A stretch of DNA of 64,000 nt, taken from Nageia nagi (taxonomy: Eukaryota; Plantae; Pinophyta). Below the pieces are notes generated by a model. It saw only the letters and a program-made list of their open reading frames with translations, ran no database searches and was not told the origin of the DNA. Positions 25,373 through 39,226 of this stretch are shown here, one piece after another. The position numbers and the translations under genes are program-made. The stretch covers positions 50,654,001 through 50,718,000 of the forward strand of contig JBITNC010000001.1 of NCBI GenBank assembly GCA_050084985.1. Reading direction: 5' to 3'. Position 1 is the stretch's first letter. Every line of letters begins with the position of its first letter.

Positions 25373-28300
25373 AATCCTATGATGGTTATTTCATGTAATT
25401 CCGTCAACACTCTAACCTAGCTACTATGTACTCCTCCAAAACTGCATCAACAGACCAAGTGAATTCAGCCCACATGATTGGAAGACTATTCAATCACAGA
25501 CTGATTCAATCTATCACAACACAGATTGCTTAATAGAAATGTGTTGGTGACTCCGTTGTCCACCAAGACCCCAAAATTCCGTAAACCTCTTCTGAAATAC
25601 AACAGACTCTACAGTCGTATTATTCATCTAGAGATCTTAGGGAATGAATTCCAAGGACTGGTTTCCAACCTCCAACTACAGATGATCGAAAAGGATAGTC
25701 ACATATCTTAATTATAGGACAGATTGGCGAAAATTGAATTATTTCAACACCCACCGGCTAACATAATCTCTTCCCAACATTTGCAACAGTTACACAATTC
25801 CATGGATGAAATCAAGATACAACAATCAAAGATCATTGAACAGCAAGCATGCCTTAAACTTGAAACCACATCCCAACAACAGTCTATACAAAAATAGGTT
25901 GAGGAACAAACTTCTTGGGTGCAAGTGGCCAAAGGCAAAAAGACTTCACCTCTTGTGGAACATGTTGTGTATGCAAAATTTGTGGAGGAAAGACTTCGCC
26001 ATAACAAAGAACTCAATCTCTGAGTTTGTGGCCTTCCCAAACCCAACAATCCCCTCAAAACCAGGCTGGATTTCCTCCACGAGACCTTGGACTTGAAGGA
26101 TATCACGGTGGAGAAAGCTTGGACAGCAAATGATGATTCACTAATAATTCGTTTTAGATTTGCAACTGATCGATCACAAGCTTTGAGAGCGAAGAAAAAA
26201 TTATTCACTTTGCCTACCAAAATCTATATGGATGCCAACCTCACTTGACTTCAAATAGAGGAGCTTAGGAAAGCTTGAGCTTTAGTTGCTGCAACTAGGA
26301 AAGAGAACAAATGGACAGTTATCCGTGATTGCAAGGCAATCATCAGTGACACCCCTCCACCAGGGTGGGCACATCCTGAGCCCTCTCAATGATGCCGATA
26401 GGATGTTGTCACGATGCTCACTTTTACAATTTGGAACTATAACAATATGATTCAAGCTTCTCTTGGACCAATCTGTGATGTCATCCATCATACAGACCTA
26501 ATATTATTCATGGAGACACATGAGAGCATAGTCAAGGGTGTCCATCCTTTCACAAGCTATACTTGGATTTCTACTTTTAGGTCCTCCAGCATTGATTGAG
26601 GCATTGGGGGAGTAGCCTTCTTAGTGAGCGATCACTTGTTCCCTAGGTTGAGAGTAGAGGGCATCATTATCCACACAAGTTACATTTGGGTATCCATTGT
26701 GAGACCCCCTCCTCTACAAAGGATCTACATAACCGGATGTTATTTTTTGTTGGCATCATATTCTATGCCCTACAAGGAGATGAAGAATCATCATTTTTGG
26801 AACCTTTTCTTGAGATCTCTAGACATGTAATGCACGGGGATATCATGTTGGTAGGGCACTTCAACGATAGGGCATGGAGTCTTCAAACACAATACTTTGA
26901 TACACAAGTTGATCCTCTTCATCTTCATCCTCTGGAGTGTGAGGATGAGCTCCAACAAGCCTCTGATGATATTATGCCTACCTCAGCATACAGAAGATTC
27001 ATTCTTGAGCTTGGTGAAACACATGACCTCATCATCATGAGTGGCATTGCTTGATTTCCCCACTTCCAAATCCACACCTGCTTTCCTAAGATGGGCCTTC
27101 CAACTATCTTGACTCTTTATGAGTCTATGTCGAGATAGGTGCACACTATTGGGGATCTCTCCAATAGCATTCACAACACCATTGGGGTGAAGCAGGGATG
27201 CACACTCTCCCCAATTCTCTCTGGTCTCTATATTGATGAGTTGGAGTTATTTATACTAGAGACAACGGATCTCAAGATAGGGTGTCTCCTTCACGGTAGT
27301 CAAGTTCCCATCTTCCTTTTTGTCGATGACATTGTCTTGTTCTCACACACGACAGAGGGCCAATGCTTGTTGGATGCTTTAGATTTGTTCAACAACAAAC
27401 AGGAACTAGTGGTTAATCTAAATAAAACTAATGTGATGGTCTTCAATACCTCGAAGACCATGGCTACCCAAACCCAGATCACATATAAGAGCAAGGTTAT
27501 TGAGACCACCTCCTATACTTATTTGGGAGTACACTTCATTGGTCCTAGATTCTCAATAAGAGTGGCGGCCCCACCCAGAGTTCGTTGAGGATATGTGGCA
27601 GTTGCCTCCCTTGAGAGGCAGTGTGTCCAACTCCAATTTCAAGACATCTCATCCAAGCTCAAGCTATTCCACTCTTTGGTCACTCCCACGATGCTTTATG
27701 GCGATGAGGTATGAGGCCCCAGTTTAAGGAGCTCGAATTGGGTCTTAATTGATAGGATCATGATTAGCACATTATATCACTTCATTCGAAGCAAGAGGAC
27801 CCTCCCACATCATATCATGTTGACCAAGTTTGGTTGCCAATCTCTACAAATGTGGTCCCTTGCAATGCTAGTTCTTTTTCTCCATTGCCTCTAGTGCTTT
27901 GCATCTACTAGAGGAGGTGTAGATCAACTCCCCTACAAAGCTTTGGCATCGTCGATGGACTTGGCAGCCTAGGGATGTTGTTGGTGTTGGTTCACCGAGG
28001 TCACTAAGGCATTGCAAAGCTTTGGATTTTCTCATGATCAACTACCCATGCCAGAGGGAGACTCCCATAGAGATCCAGATGACACTTTGACTACAATTAG
28101 AGACAAGATTTACAGAGTATATATTCACCATTTAGCATGTGAACTTCCAGTGTGTCAATTTTGCTCACTGGAGCCAGAGACCAAGGATCACTTCATCTTT
28201 AGGTGCTCAGTTTATTATGGGATTCGGGGACGATACCATTGTCTCTTTCGAGACTCCCACTACTCGATCTTCACCTTCTTCTAGTTTTCGGACCAGCGTT

Positions 28301-29449
28301 TTGTGGCACTTTATATCGTAGAGGTATTTCTTCTCATAAAAAGTCTCTTATTTGATGGCCAACACTTGACAGGAGGCCACCTGATTACTTCGTTTTTTCA
28401 GCCTTTGTCAAGCAAGGGTACTCGCAAGAGGATGGGAGATGGTCCTCCACCCACCTGACGCACTAGACAACGACTGTGTGTTGATCCTATGCTTCGACAA
28501 TCTCAGCAGATCACATCCTTCTTTAGCTCCAACAGCACTGATGTAGCCACAATTAACATAGTACAAGGGATTTCCAGTCAAACTGGAGTCCTCCCACCTG
28601 ACTGATCTTGACTACTCAATTCTACTATTCATTTATGTGTTTCTTTTTTAGGGTTTAGCCCCTTGATTGCACTTATGTATTGTTCTTCTTAGTTTGCTTT
28701 CTTGTAGTAAGAGCCCTTATGGGCCTCACATGTTGCATCATATAGCTGTACTTCACAGTCCCATTGACGACTTTTGGCCACCCATGGACATTAATAGAAT
28801 TTCATTTCATTTCTGAAGACTGTATTGACAGTTCAATATTCAATTCTACTAGTTCTTTAAATAGTTTCTAGATAGATGAGACAGAGAGAAAGAGAAGTGT
28901 GTAATCAGTAGAACCTATAACAAAGTAGTACATAGTTCAGCTGTCAAGAAAGAGTTTCAATTTTTATAATTTCACTCAGTTATTTCAATAAAGTTTTGTC
29001 TTTTCTCAGGAGGACTACACCTGATGCTTGGAGAAAGGGCCTGCTACAAGTTGTTGGTCCATCCAAACTCCCGAGGGTTGTAACTGTTCCATGTTTTATT
29101 TTGATTTTAGAATAAATAGTAATAAAACTCTGCCTGGAGTCACAAGCATTAAGTTTTCTTTCTATATTTATTGATTTCAATTCTGTAGCATGCAGCAATT
29201 TCTTTGCTTTTTATAAAGTTGATTTTCTTTTGTAGCATGATTGTTTTATTTCCAGAACCATTAGTATGTTAATTTACTAGAAATAGAGCTTTCCGTAATC
29301 CATAGAATGCTACAGTCTATCAGTAGAAATCCCTGAGAAGAACAAATATGGCTAGTAGCTTAACTTAGCTAAGACTAAAATTGTAAGCAATCAGGTAACA
29401 TTGTACCCCTATAATATCATTTGGTGATTTGCATATACTTTGCTCGGTA

Positions 29450-31660
29450 TCTTGCAAGCATACCTATCCAGATTAACATAGAAAATGCTCATCAGCTAGA
29501 CATTTCTAGCCTTCTAGGAGAGAATCTTCACACGGCAATGATAGTGGCTATTATAATGACTAAAAGATACCTACGTGGGTTTGTCTGTAGGAATAGGATA
29601 GGATAAAATTCTCACTACACCTAATGTCAGCAGGGTTGTTGCCAAATAATGTTACCTTTATGTTTGTGGAATATGTCTTTACTTTATGTCTTGGTTTATT
29701 ACTATCGAACATTATATCAGCATCAAAAAAGATCTACATTAGAGCCATTCATTGCTCTCTGGATTCTATAAATAAGAGTTGCCAAAGCCATTTGAGGCAT
29801 CCTTGAGTTGAGTCTTCATAGTCTGAATCTAGAGAGTCTGCTACAATAAGTATGCTCTCACCTCACTGTTCTCGATCTTTGTGGTCAGAACATCAAAGCA
29901 AAGTTCTAAGTTTTCGTATCAAAGATTGATACAGTTATGAAAAAAAATTGTTTGTAATATTTCTCTCAGTGCTACAGTAAAAGCTTTCCTTGCCTTGAAA
30001 ATCTTGTTACCCAATTATTGCGTTGACTTCCTTTTCATTCACGTTATTTGTCGACAAAATTATTGTTATTCCACATTTATAGGGCATTCTCAAGAATTCT
30101 TGGATTCAGGAACTTTTCTGTTTAAAAGAATAGACAATGGCAGAATTTGGCAGAACTATGGATGGACATAAAATAATGAATGAAGCAGAACTTGAGAGAT
30201 TCTATGAAGCTTCTCAGCCAACATTTATGCCAGGTCAGAATGAATACACTATTCCTGATATAGTGCCTAAAGAGGAATTTATTACTGGTTCAAATAGTTA
30301 ATGACGACTCCACTTGTTGATGCAAGGAAAATATATCAGAAAAAAGATTTGAAAAAGCCATTTGTGTTTAATTTTTTTTAAGTCTACTTATAAGTCTTTT
30401 GATAAGCCAAGGATCAAAACAGTCGAGTTGACTCTCCAACACAAACCAAATAAAAAATATCAGACCAATCTGCTGTTTTTATTCCCACAAAGCGAGATTG
30501 AATATATTACAAGTTAACCCGATGTACAATTTGTTCATTTTGGCATGATTAGAGTTTATGTTAAACCTTAAATCCTAAGCAACATCAGGCCTGTCTCCAA
30601 TTTGGCTATTTGTGACAGAAAACAAGTGAAATTTGAACATGCTTGTCAGTTGTCTTCACTTTCAAGATTAAATGAAAGACCAATCTATTTTGACTGTCAC
30701 TGCAAGACAAGGGATGTCCAGAGGTTAAACATGGCTCATTAAATTGTTGGGGTTTGTTTTCCTCAGTTTATGGTTTAAATATGTTTGAACCACTCAAATT
30801 GCATCTGTCAATATTCAAGTCTTGTATGGTATGACAAATATAGACCATCTGAAGCTGTTAGAAAATTTGCCATATGCTAAGTTGCATGGTCCTATTGAAC
30901 TTGAATAAGGAATAATAAATTTCTTAGAGATACCTACAGAGTGGAAGCCAGATTGGCCTAAGAATATTGCTCGCAAGGAATTCAGAAAACAAGGTAACTT
31001 ACAAAATATAGAGGGAATTCAGTCCAGATATTGCCAAGATCTCTTTCTAGTTCAAGCTATTATTCTGCTTTATCACACCAAAGCAGAGCCAGTACTTCAA
31101 GATAAAAAAGAAGAGGATCATTAGTGGTTGAATTAGAAGATTATAAAATTAATAAAGGAGAAGATCTTTTCCCTGCAACTGTTATGTCTACTTTGCCAAG
31201 AGAAAATTCAATTGAATTCTGTTGAGAAAATGGAGTGCAATATTACAGAGGTGGTAGATGGCCACCAATTAGAGGTTGTTTTAAATTTGCTACTTCTCCT
31301 TTGCATTCCAACCAACCAAAACAGGAGAAGCTGGACCGTCAAATGAATTTAAACAAAAAAATTATACAGCAAGATTTAATTCTCATTATCAAGAAAATTT
31401 TGATGATCTTTGTAAAAATGTGTTCTACATAAGAAGAAGAATGGATCAGTTATTTGAAGTTTCTGTTAAATTTCAGAAAATTGTTCATTCCATGAATAAT
31501 AAAAAGGACAGTTTAGATGAGAAGTTAGATAAGCTGAAAGCAATCCTAAAGTAGTAAGAAAAAAAAAAGATTCAGAAGCTGGGAAAAAGAGTCAAGTCTC
31601 AATAGTAGATTTTGGTCCTAGCTTCAGAACAGAAACCATTGAAAAGGATAAGCAATTGAA
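29450..31660 (+). other. Endogenous caulimovirid (pararetrovirus) relic: putative intergenic/TATA region plus degraded 30K movement protein
   Basis: 30521-30703 translates DVQFVHFGMIRVYVKP*ILSNIRPVSNLAICDRKQVKFEHACQLSSLSRLNERPIYFDCH (MP core with D-motif). TPLVDARKIYQ upstream, FLEIPTEW downstream, CTATAAATA at ~29766. Boundaries uncertain. Confidence 0.7.
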
Positions 31661-31699
31661 AGGTTCAGCTGCACTATTTCACATGTGGGGAACTAACAT

Positions 31700-32750
31700 C
31701 CCCGTACCGCCATGGCTGAAATCTTGAGTAGATGTCTATGAAATGCCAAAATTAGAGATGATTTCTTTGGCTTGAAGGCTAACCGAGATCTAAAAACCAT
31801 TTCTCAACAGCAGTTTGAAAGTTATTCTATTCTTTTCAGCAAATCAAAAGCTAGGGAAGCCAGGATGATCAACTTAATTCTCAATCAGTATGAAATAGCC
31901 CCTAGACAAAAAATTAACAAAACGAAATCAAAAGCCCATTTACTTAACACTTCCATAAGGGAAAAGGCAAATATATGCGGAATTCTTCATATGGAGGAAG
32001 CAAAGATGCCTTTAACCTATCTAGGGCTCCCTCTGCTTGAGAGGAGGAAGAGAAAAGAGCAATGGGATCGCATTCTAAGCAGGCTTCAATGAAAGCTTCC
32101 ATCCTGGAAAGGCAAATGGCTTAATTTGGCAAGAAGAGCTCAACTCATCAAGTCAGTTTTGCAAGAAAATACCAGTAAACTGCCTTTCTCTCTTCACCAT
32201 TCAAAAGTCTATGGAAAAAGATCTAAACAGAATTACAAGGTCCTTTCTATGGTCAAGAATAGGAAATCAAAACAAACTTCCTTCAGTAAAATGGGACACC
32301 ATATGCCACGAAAAAAACATGATAATTTGGACTTTAAATCCCTTGGCAATATGAATAAGACACTAATAAGCAAAATCACTTGGAGAATGTATAATAAAGC
32401 GAACAAACCATGGGCCAAGATCTTATATTCCAAATATGCAGACATACCTGATAGGACCTCTATTTTTAGCTCCATTAACTGACTCGACGATGCGGAATGG
32501 AATAAGTAAAAATGTGGGGAGTTTGATTCCAGGTTTAAGATGGAAGGTTGGGACTGGGAAAGATATTTTGCAAAGAAACTTGGATAGGGGACAAATTGCT
32601 AGAAAAAAGTTATAATTCTTGTTCCATGGGTGAGGATTATGATGACCAGATTTGAAGAAAGAATTTGCAATTATTTCAAACCAAGGGCTTCTAGAACAAC
32701 TGTTTGGTTAAATCAGTTTTTTGAAGAGATCCTCACCTTATTAACTTCCA
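31700..32750 (+). mobile_element. Plant L1 LINE fragment (RT C-terminal half)
   Basis: QKINKTKS..YLGLPL..KLPSWKGKWLNLARRAQLIKSVLQ..MNKTLISKITWR. Confidence 0.85.
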
Positions 32751-33133
32751 AAAAAATAACGATGTTACAAGAAGGAAATGAGTTATGATGAATGTCATCA
32801 ACTTTTGTGGATGCTTGTAATGGTTTTCTGCCATGCCGCTAGTCTCAAGCATTACTCCAATAGTTCTATATGTAATAATGGTATCTCTTATAGAAGGCCT
32901 TTTTGAGACCATAAAGCAAATTCTAATAAAACAAGAAAATAAGAAGTATATTTCCCATTAATCATAAGGCAGTTGATGATATAATTATGATCATGCAATA
33001 TGTTACAACAGCAGATTGAAAGTAAACTTCAATGAAAGATAGCTGTCTCATGAAAGATGATATCCAAAGATCTTTAACAAAATTTATAAAATAGTAGTTG
33101 ATATTTTCTAGAACCCGAGTAATTCACCCTTAC

Positions 33134-33245
33134 CTTATAAAAGGTCTCCCTTGCAAAATTGGGATTAGCTCCAATGGTAACAGTGAGAAAGGAAACATTA
33201 ACAGAGAATCTCCTCAACAAATGTGCCAGGTCAACTGTCCAAATG
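33134..33245 (-). CDS. GC1: GC1/GUCD1-like gene, coding exon 3 ((S)IWTVDLAHLLRRFSVNVSFLTVTIGANPNFARETFYK)
   Basis: TGCAG| acceptor, AAG|GTAAG donor; the phase-2 junction AG|C makes Ser with exon 2; IWTVDLA and GANP motifs. Confidence 0.92.
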
Positions 33246-33574
33246 CTGCAGATATAAATACTCATGTTATATCCAAAACAGAACTAATTGCTCAGATAAC
33301 AAGCTAGCTCAAGACATGCATAGGTCAACCATACCTTGACATTTAGGATCCATAAAATACAGAAACATTATGATATAAGAAAGAAAATATCTTTATGTAG
33401 AAAATCATTGATAAAAATAACCATAGGTGATAGACACTAATAAGTTCCGTAGCAAATAAGAAGTGAGTTGAAATGTTAATCAGAGTCTACCAATTATAAA
33501 AGAAAGAGTCAAAGTAATTACAAGTTTTAATTTCTAGCTATCATAAAGAAGGGAATGTTCCATGTAGCAATACA

Positions 33575-35405
33575 AAATGTGAAATAAAAGAGTAAATGAA
33601 TAGAATTTGTATTAATGTCCATTGGTGACCAAAAAAGGTCAATAGGACTGTAAAGTAGGACATATACAAAGCAATGAGAGTGCCTAGTGCAACTCCAGAG
33701 GAAATAAAATAAGAAAAATAATAAACAAAACATAAACAAGGTCTATGAATCAAGGATTTCTCCCAACATTCAAGGGTGCAAAGAAGTGAGTGATATAAGA
33801 GTCTGATGTCCTCATAGATGGTCCATGTTGGAGTCAACGACGAGAAATTCTTGTGATCACCCTAACGTTTCTTGGTCATGGCTTCTGGAGGCTAGAAAAA
33901 TGAAGTGATAAGTCGGGATCCTGTTATCCTCTGCAAACTGTTACTAAGTAGTTTTTTTTATGAGGTTGAATAATTCTTGGATGAAAAGGGCAATGCATCT
34001 CTGGTCTTCATAATTAATCCAAGACTTCAGTGTATGGGTGTCTCTAAATAAGCAATAATATCTACCTTGTATCTCATAGTAGACAAGACAAGTGAAAATG
34101 AAATGCTCCTCAGATTCCACATCAAGATTGCACAATCTGCAAATATGTTGATCTCTAGGGAGGTGATGATCTGCCTCAATACGCAGCTGGTGGGAGCAAA
34201 CTTGTAGCTGAGCTAGAGGAAACCTAAGGTTATGCGGCATCTGTATCAAGTTATATTTTGGAGTAGTGATCAAACCATTCTCTAGTTGGAGATAAAAGTG
34301 AGAGTAATGGAGCAATTTTGGCGAAAGAGGTTCCTTTGGATCAGCCCAAGTAGTTTGTATATATGCTGAGTAGATCTCATCTCGAATGTCCTTATTCAAA
34401 TATGGTGTATTGATTGATGACTTAATAGGAGGAAGTCTCATGATGTCTAAGCCAAGAGTTCGAAGTAGAGTAGTAGTTTGAGCATACCAACAATTCCTGA
34501 ACCCTTGATTGGCCAACTATATGGAGGACTGCAATGCTAAATATGGATATCTTCTCATATCTGGCATACAATGGAATCTACGGAGTAAAGAGAAAACATG
34601 AAATAATGCAGTTGTAAATAATGGGCGAGCACTAAACTCAGCTATAATAATGGGCTGTGGAATAGTTTTTTTGGGACGAATGAACTTGGACAACATTGAG
34701 ATGAGGACCCTTTCAATACGAGACCAACCTACCTGTTTGAGGCTAGGGCTCCAAACTTCACAACTATAGAGCAATCTAGGGGTAACATGAGTTTGATCCT
34801 TGTACAAATATCCTGAAACTAGAGCTGAAAGCATTGCTTATCCAAAGATGCTAAGGCAGCATACCCTTTGTTTAACCTTGCTTGAGATGCAGGGATCATG
34901 TTGAAGGTAGGTACTGTGAAAAGAACTCCCAAGTATGTGTAAGATGTGACAATCTCAACAGCTTTCCCTTTGTATGTGATGTGGGTAGAAGAGAGATCTT
35001 TCTTGGGTAGATTGAATGTCATAATGTTTGTTTTATGAAGATTAACTTCTAATCCATGTGAATCAAAATAAGTGCCAAGTATGTCTAGTTGTTGTTGAAG
35101 TCCTCTTGTTGTTTGTAACATTAGGATAATATCATTAGCAAATAATAAAATAGCAATAACATTACCAAAAAGTAAACAACCTGTACTCTTAGATAGAGAG
35201 TCCATAATGAGCACCTACAATTCATCAATATACAATCCAAAGAGTGTAGGTGAAAGTGGGCAGCCTTGTTTAACCCCTATAGTACTATGAACATCTTGTG
35301 TTCTAATACGTCCAATTTTAACCTGTCCAGTGACTTTTTCATATAAGGTCATAACCAACAAAGTAACCTCCTCTGGAATTCCCAAATCCTTCAACCTCTG
35401 AAGAT
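33575..35405 (-). mobile_element. RTEX-like LINE, divergent subfamily, 5'-truncated
   Basis: GVKQGCPLSPTLF, LFANDI, ICRLCNLDVESEEHFIFTC; shared 3' stem-loop at 33608-33658. Confidence 0.85.
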
Positions 35406-38353
35406 GCTAAATGGGTTTTGACATTTGAATGCTCTATAGCACTCCTCAATTGAGATGGAAACTCCGATGAGAGAAGCACAATGCTGCAAACCACATCAGG
35501 GCGTTACTATCCACTGTAAATGAATCACATGGCTATTCAGCTTCTGGGGCTATCTGCAACCTAGTAAATTGCAACTTACAGGCCTAAATGCATAGCCTTT
35601 GATGTGGAATTTGACCACAAAACTCCATCATAACAGTGTAATCTGTTAGCCAAATGAGTGTCTAGGTCATATTCTATACTTGTCAATGCATTTTAGAATG
35701 CTAAAATTTGAGTTACAGTTATACTCTGAAGAAGCTCGTTTGGTCAAAATAGTTGATGCAACTGATCCAAGTGGTGTCAATTTTAATGACCATTAATTGC
35801 TATAGAATAGAGCAACTCTCCATAGGACCAGTGCAACACTCTTGCTACCAGTAGCCTGAGTCATATAGAGGCTCTTATTGTTGGTATTGAAAGAGGGACA
35901 AATGTTAGTAAAGCATAGTGGAAAATGCAAAAATAAAAATGGCCCCAAGGATACAAGAACTGGAATGGCCCCAAGGATACAAGAACTGATGAGTTATCTT
36001 GTTGATGGTTTGGAAAAAGAGCAGTTCTGTTGTGAAGCACATGCAAGGCACAAAGAAATTGTTTGGAGTGAACTTCAACAAGTGAAGCACATCATACTGT
36101 GGCACAAGGAGATCTGTGGGAGCAAACTTCAAGATATAGAGCACATGGAGAAAACTGTCAATAAACTTCAAGGTAAAATAAAATGCATACATGTGATGTG
36201 ATGGCTCTTTGAATAACTGTGCAAGAAGTCTTGGGAACCCACATTCTGTTCTCCTCCCTTTGGTCAATATTTATCCATTTTTAGTTTTTATTGCTATTTT
36301 ATATTTGCAATGTTCTCGTATCTAGTTATTTATATGCAGAAACTTTTGGAATTCTTTTTCTTGTAGTATAAAAAAAGTATTTCTAAGACATTTGCAGACT
36401 AGTATAATCATGCATGTGATAAGATATAAGAAGGTTGGTCTTCTCTTTACCTTATCCACATAAATTAATAACTTTTAACAAGGAGAGAGGCTAACGCATA
36501 AGCAGCAACTGCAAATACTATGAAAAATCCTTAAAGAAAGAGAACTATGTGTTAAACGCTCTCAATTCAAGGATGACAGCATGCTAAATTCCTCATTCAT
36601 TGTATTATGAGCAAAACCTAATTTGTATTATTAACAATGAAAGTGCATAAAGGAAATGGGCAAATGCACATAGTGACTAACATAAACAATTAGAATTAAA
36701 ATCAGAATTGCACTGACTTCCAAAATCTATATATGGCAAAAACCTATAAGAAGACGTAAAACTATGTGCGTGTCTAACTCCAAGATAACACTTAAGTTAT
36801 CTTGTTTCAGGCATATATTACATACACATTGCAAAATATGTCAAATTAAAGAACATATGATAGTAAATCTAAAAGAGTTCACTTCAAACCCTGCCTTGTA
36901 AAAATGTTGGTATAATATTCCAGATGTTGGCACTGAATGACAGTTGGCACACCATTGTACTCTAAATTGGCAATGGGAAAGAAAGAAAATATATTAATCT
37001 CCTCGGATGACCAAAAGCGGTCAATGGGACTGTCAGGTACAAACATGGTCAGTAAACCAAGAAAACCCCTATAGGGTTCTCTCTAAAGAAAATATAAAAT
37101 AATAAAATGAGTACAAATGAATCCATGAGGTGATGGTCTAAACCCTAAATAAGATAGTGTTGGGTAGTTTTTCTTTTCTACCTAGCTAATGGGCAGCTAA
37201 GTGGCAAGGTTAAGAAGAAATCCAACAACCTAGGTGAGAAGGCGTTACCCTCCTCTATGAGGACGGGTTACCTCAAAGGTATCTCTCTAATGAATAGGCA
37301 AGGACGGGGCTCAAAGAGTGGCTAAGATGTTTGAAGCTGTTACCAACCTTAACTAAGATTTATTTGTTTAAGGACTCGGATTGTCTAGTATCTTCGCAAG
37401 GGCTGTTTCTTGATTACTACTACTTTGGGGTGCAAAGGCTGCCAAAAGAAATGAAAATAAAAGAAAAATAGCAAAGAAGATTGGATATGGCTAGATGCAT
37501 ATGAGTTCAGCCCTATTACATCAAGATCCACCGACGAGTACAGTGTCTGAATCCCAAGTTCTTCCGGGTTTGTTTTGAGTTCCACGCATCCACCTATCGT
37601 CTCACACTAGCCAACAACACAAATGGTCTAGAAGTAGAAATATTCTCTCACACTAGCCAACAACACAAATGGTCTCGAGGAAGGAGTAGGCATCTAAAGG
37701 AGTAATGGTGTTGGTTGTGTCACAGATGGCACCTTCAACTTGTGGATGAAGTTCTCATGCTAAACGTCATAGGAGAACACACTTCAGAATTATACAAGTC
37801 TAGTTGCATACCATGAGCAATCACTAACTATGCATTACATTGAACACTTCAAAAGAATAATCAACCATTCTTTTACCCACCTCCCAAGAGGTTTGCAAAA
37901 TGTTCCATGCGTCTAAGTAAAACATACCAATGATAACATCACATGCCAAAGCTCATAGTCGCATAGAAATGGAGTTGTGCAATTTAATTCAAAAGATCAT
38001 GCCACATTCACAATAGACAAGTGTTTGATAGAAAGAATTACTCTACTCATCTAATTGCAAATGTTCATATCCAAAATTCCATCCTCATAAATGAGCCATT
38101 TAGGGCTATAAATAGGTTTTTGTGGCAACCCTAAGTGTTGCCCTAACCCTAATACGAATTCCGACAAAATTAACAAAGGTCCAATAAAAATTCACCACAT
38201 GGCATTACAAGATTTGCCCAACACTTGTGGGAGCAAATCCTCAATCCATCACATGGTTGAACTAAATTTAACAATTTTTTGAGATCCAAATTTAAAATAA
38301 AATTGCAATAAATAAAATGAAAATAAAATTGTTGCAACTGCAACACCATGCCT

Positions 38354-38887
38354 CTATGCTCCTCTGGCAATCAAGAGTTCGTCCATCTCTCTCACCTCTG
38401 CAACACTTGCCTCGAAACCTTCACCATTTTCTTGTTGACGATGTTCCTTTTTCTTCAACGGCCACCTTGTCTTGAAGATGATATGGTCTTGAAGGTGTGT
38501 TCTCATCTTCAAGGTTTAGTTTCTTTTGGCTCTCCTCTAGTTCCTTAGCGAATCCGGTGATGTCTTTGATTCACTTTGCCCTGGTGGTCTCAACATCACC
38601 AATTTCGATCTTCAAAGTATGGGCATCCAAGTCTTGAAATTTCTTGGGATCTTTGTTCAGGAAGACTCTAGTGACAGACAACGTATTATTGACCTTGAAA
38701 ATAAATTTGCTCACATAGTGAGTCTCTATGGACTCATCTTCCACCCTTTGGTTGGGATCTTCATATAATGCTCTTATTAAGCCACAAGGTCAATATTGGA
38801 TTTCTAACTCGATGAGGCACCGTTGGTGGTCACCACTTTTTCTGGCTTGACCTCTTTCTCTTGTGCCTTGGGGTTTGTCTCTGCCAT
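38354..38887 (-). pseudogene. Degraded charged/coiled-coil-like reading frame inside unit B, unknown product
   Basis: AAAATGG start (MAETNPKAQEKEVKPEKVV) ~165 bp after CCTATAAAAGGG; later segments VEDESIETHYVSKFIFKV and FAKELEESQKKLNLEDE; contains stops and frameshifts. Confidence 0.35.
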
Positions 38888-39226
38888 TTTAATGCTTGAT
38901 GTAAAGTAATACCCCAATCATCTTAGCAAATGGAGAAGGAAGGTTTTTCTCAAGTCGCCCCAAAGACTTCAAAAGGATTTGTCTATCTTGGTGCTCTAGT
39001 GAATTTGATAGGAGGGAGCAATCTTGTCAGGCAAGAATGAAGGTCGGCTTCCCTTTTATAGGCACTTTTAGGGTTTTTGGTTGGCCTAGTATGCTAAGAT
39101 TGGCCAAAATGGAGGCAAAATGTTTCCATCCCTCCGATTTGGCCGACTTGGGGATGTGTGCCCTCCAAAAATTCAAATTGGCACTGGGAAACCTAACGCA
39201 GGGGCTAATGGCAGTCTTTTGGAATG

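Larger units (their letters stand above)
20997..28813 (+). mobile_element. Near full-length RTEX-like LINE (repeat-rich 5' end, ORF1, ORF2 with internal deletion), interrupted by 21555-25372; 5' boundary uncertain
   Basis: ORF1 relic ~25640-26380 (coiled coil, EERLRHNKELNL*VCGL, IYMDANLT). APE start MLTFTIWNY..DLILFMETH at 26414. RT GVKQGCTLSP/LFVDD. 3' motif at 28748 plus (TTTCA)n. Confidence 0.75.

Noticed and set aside
29880-29905. Caulimovirid tRNA-Met primer-binding site
   Set aside because: Only a partial resemblance to TGGTATCAGAGC.
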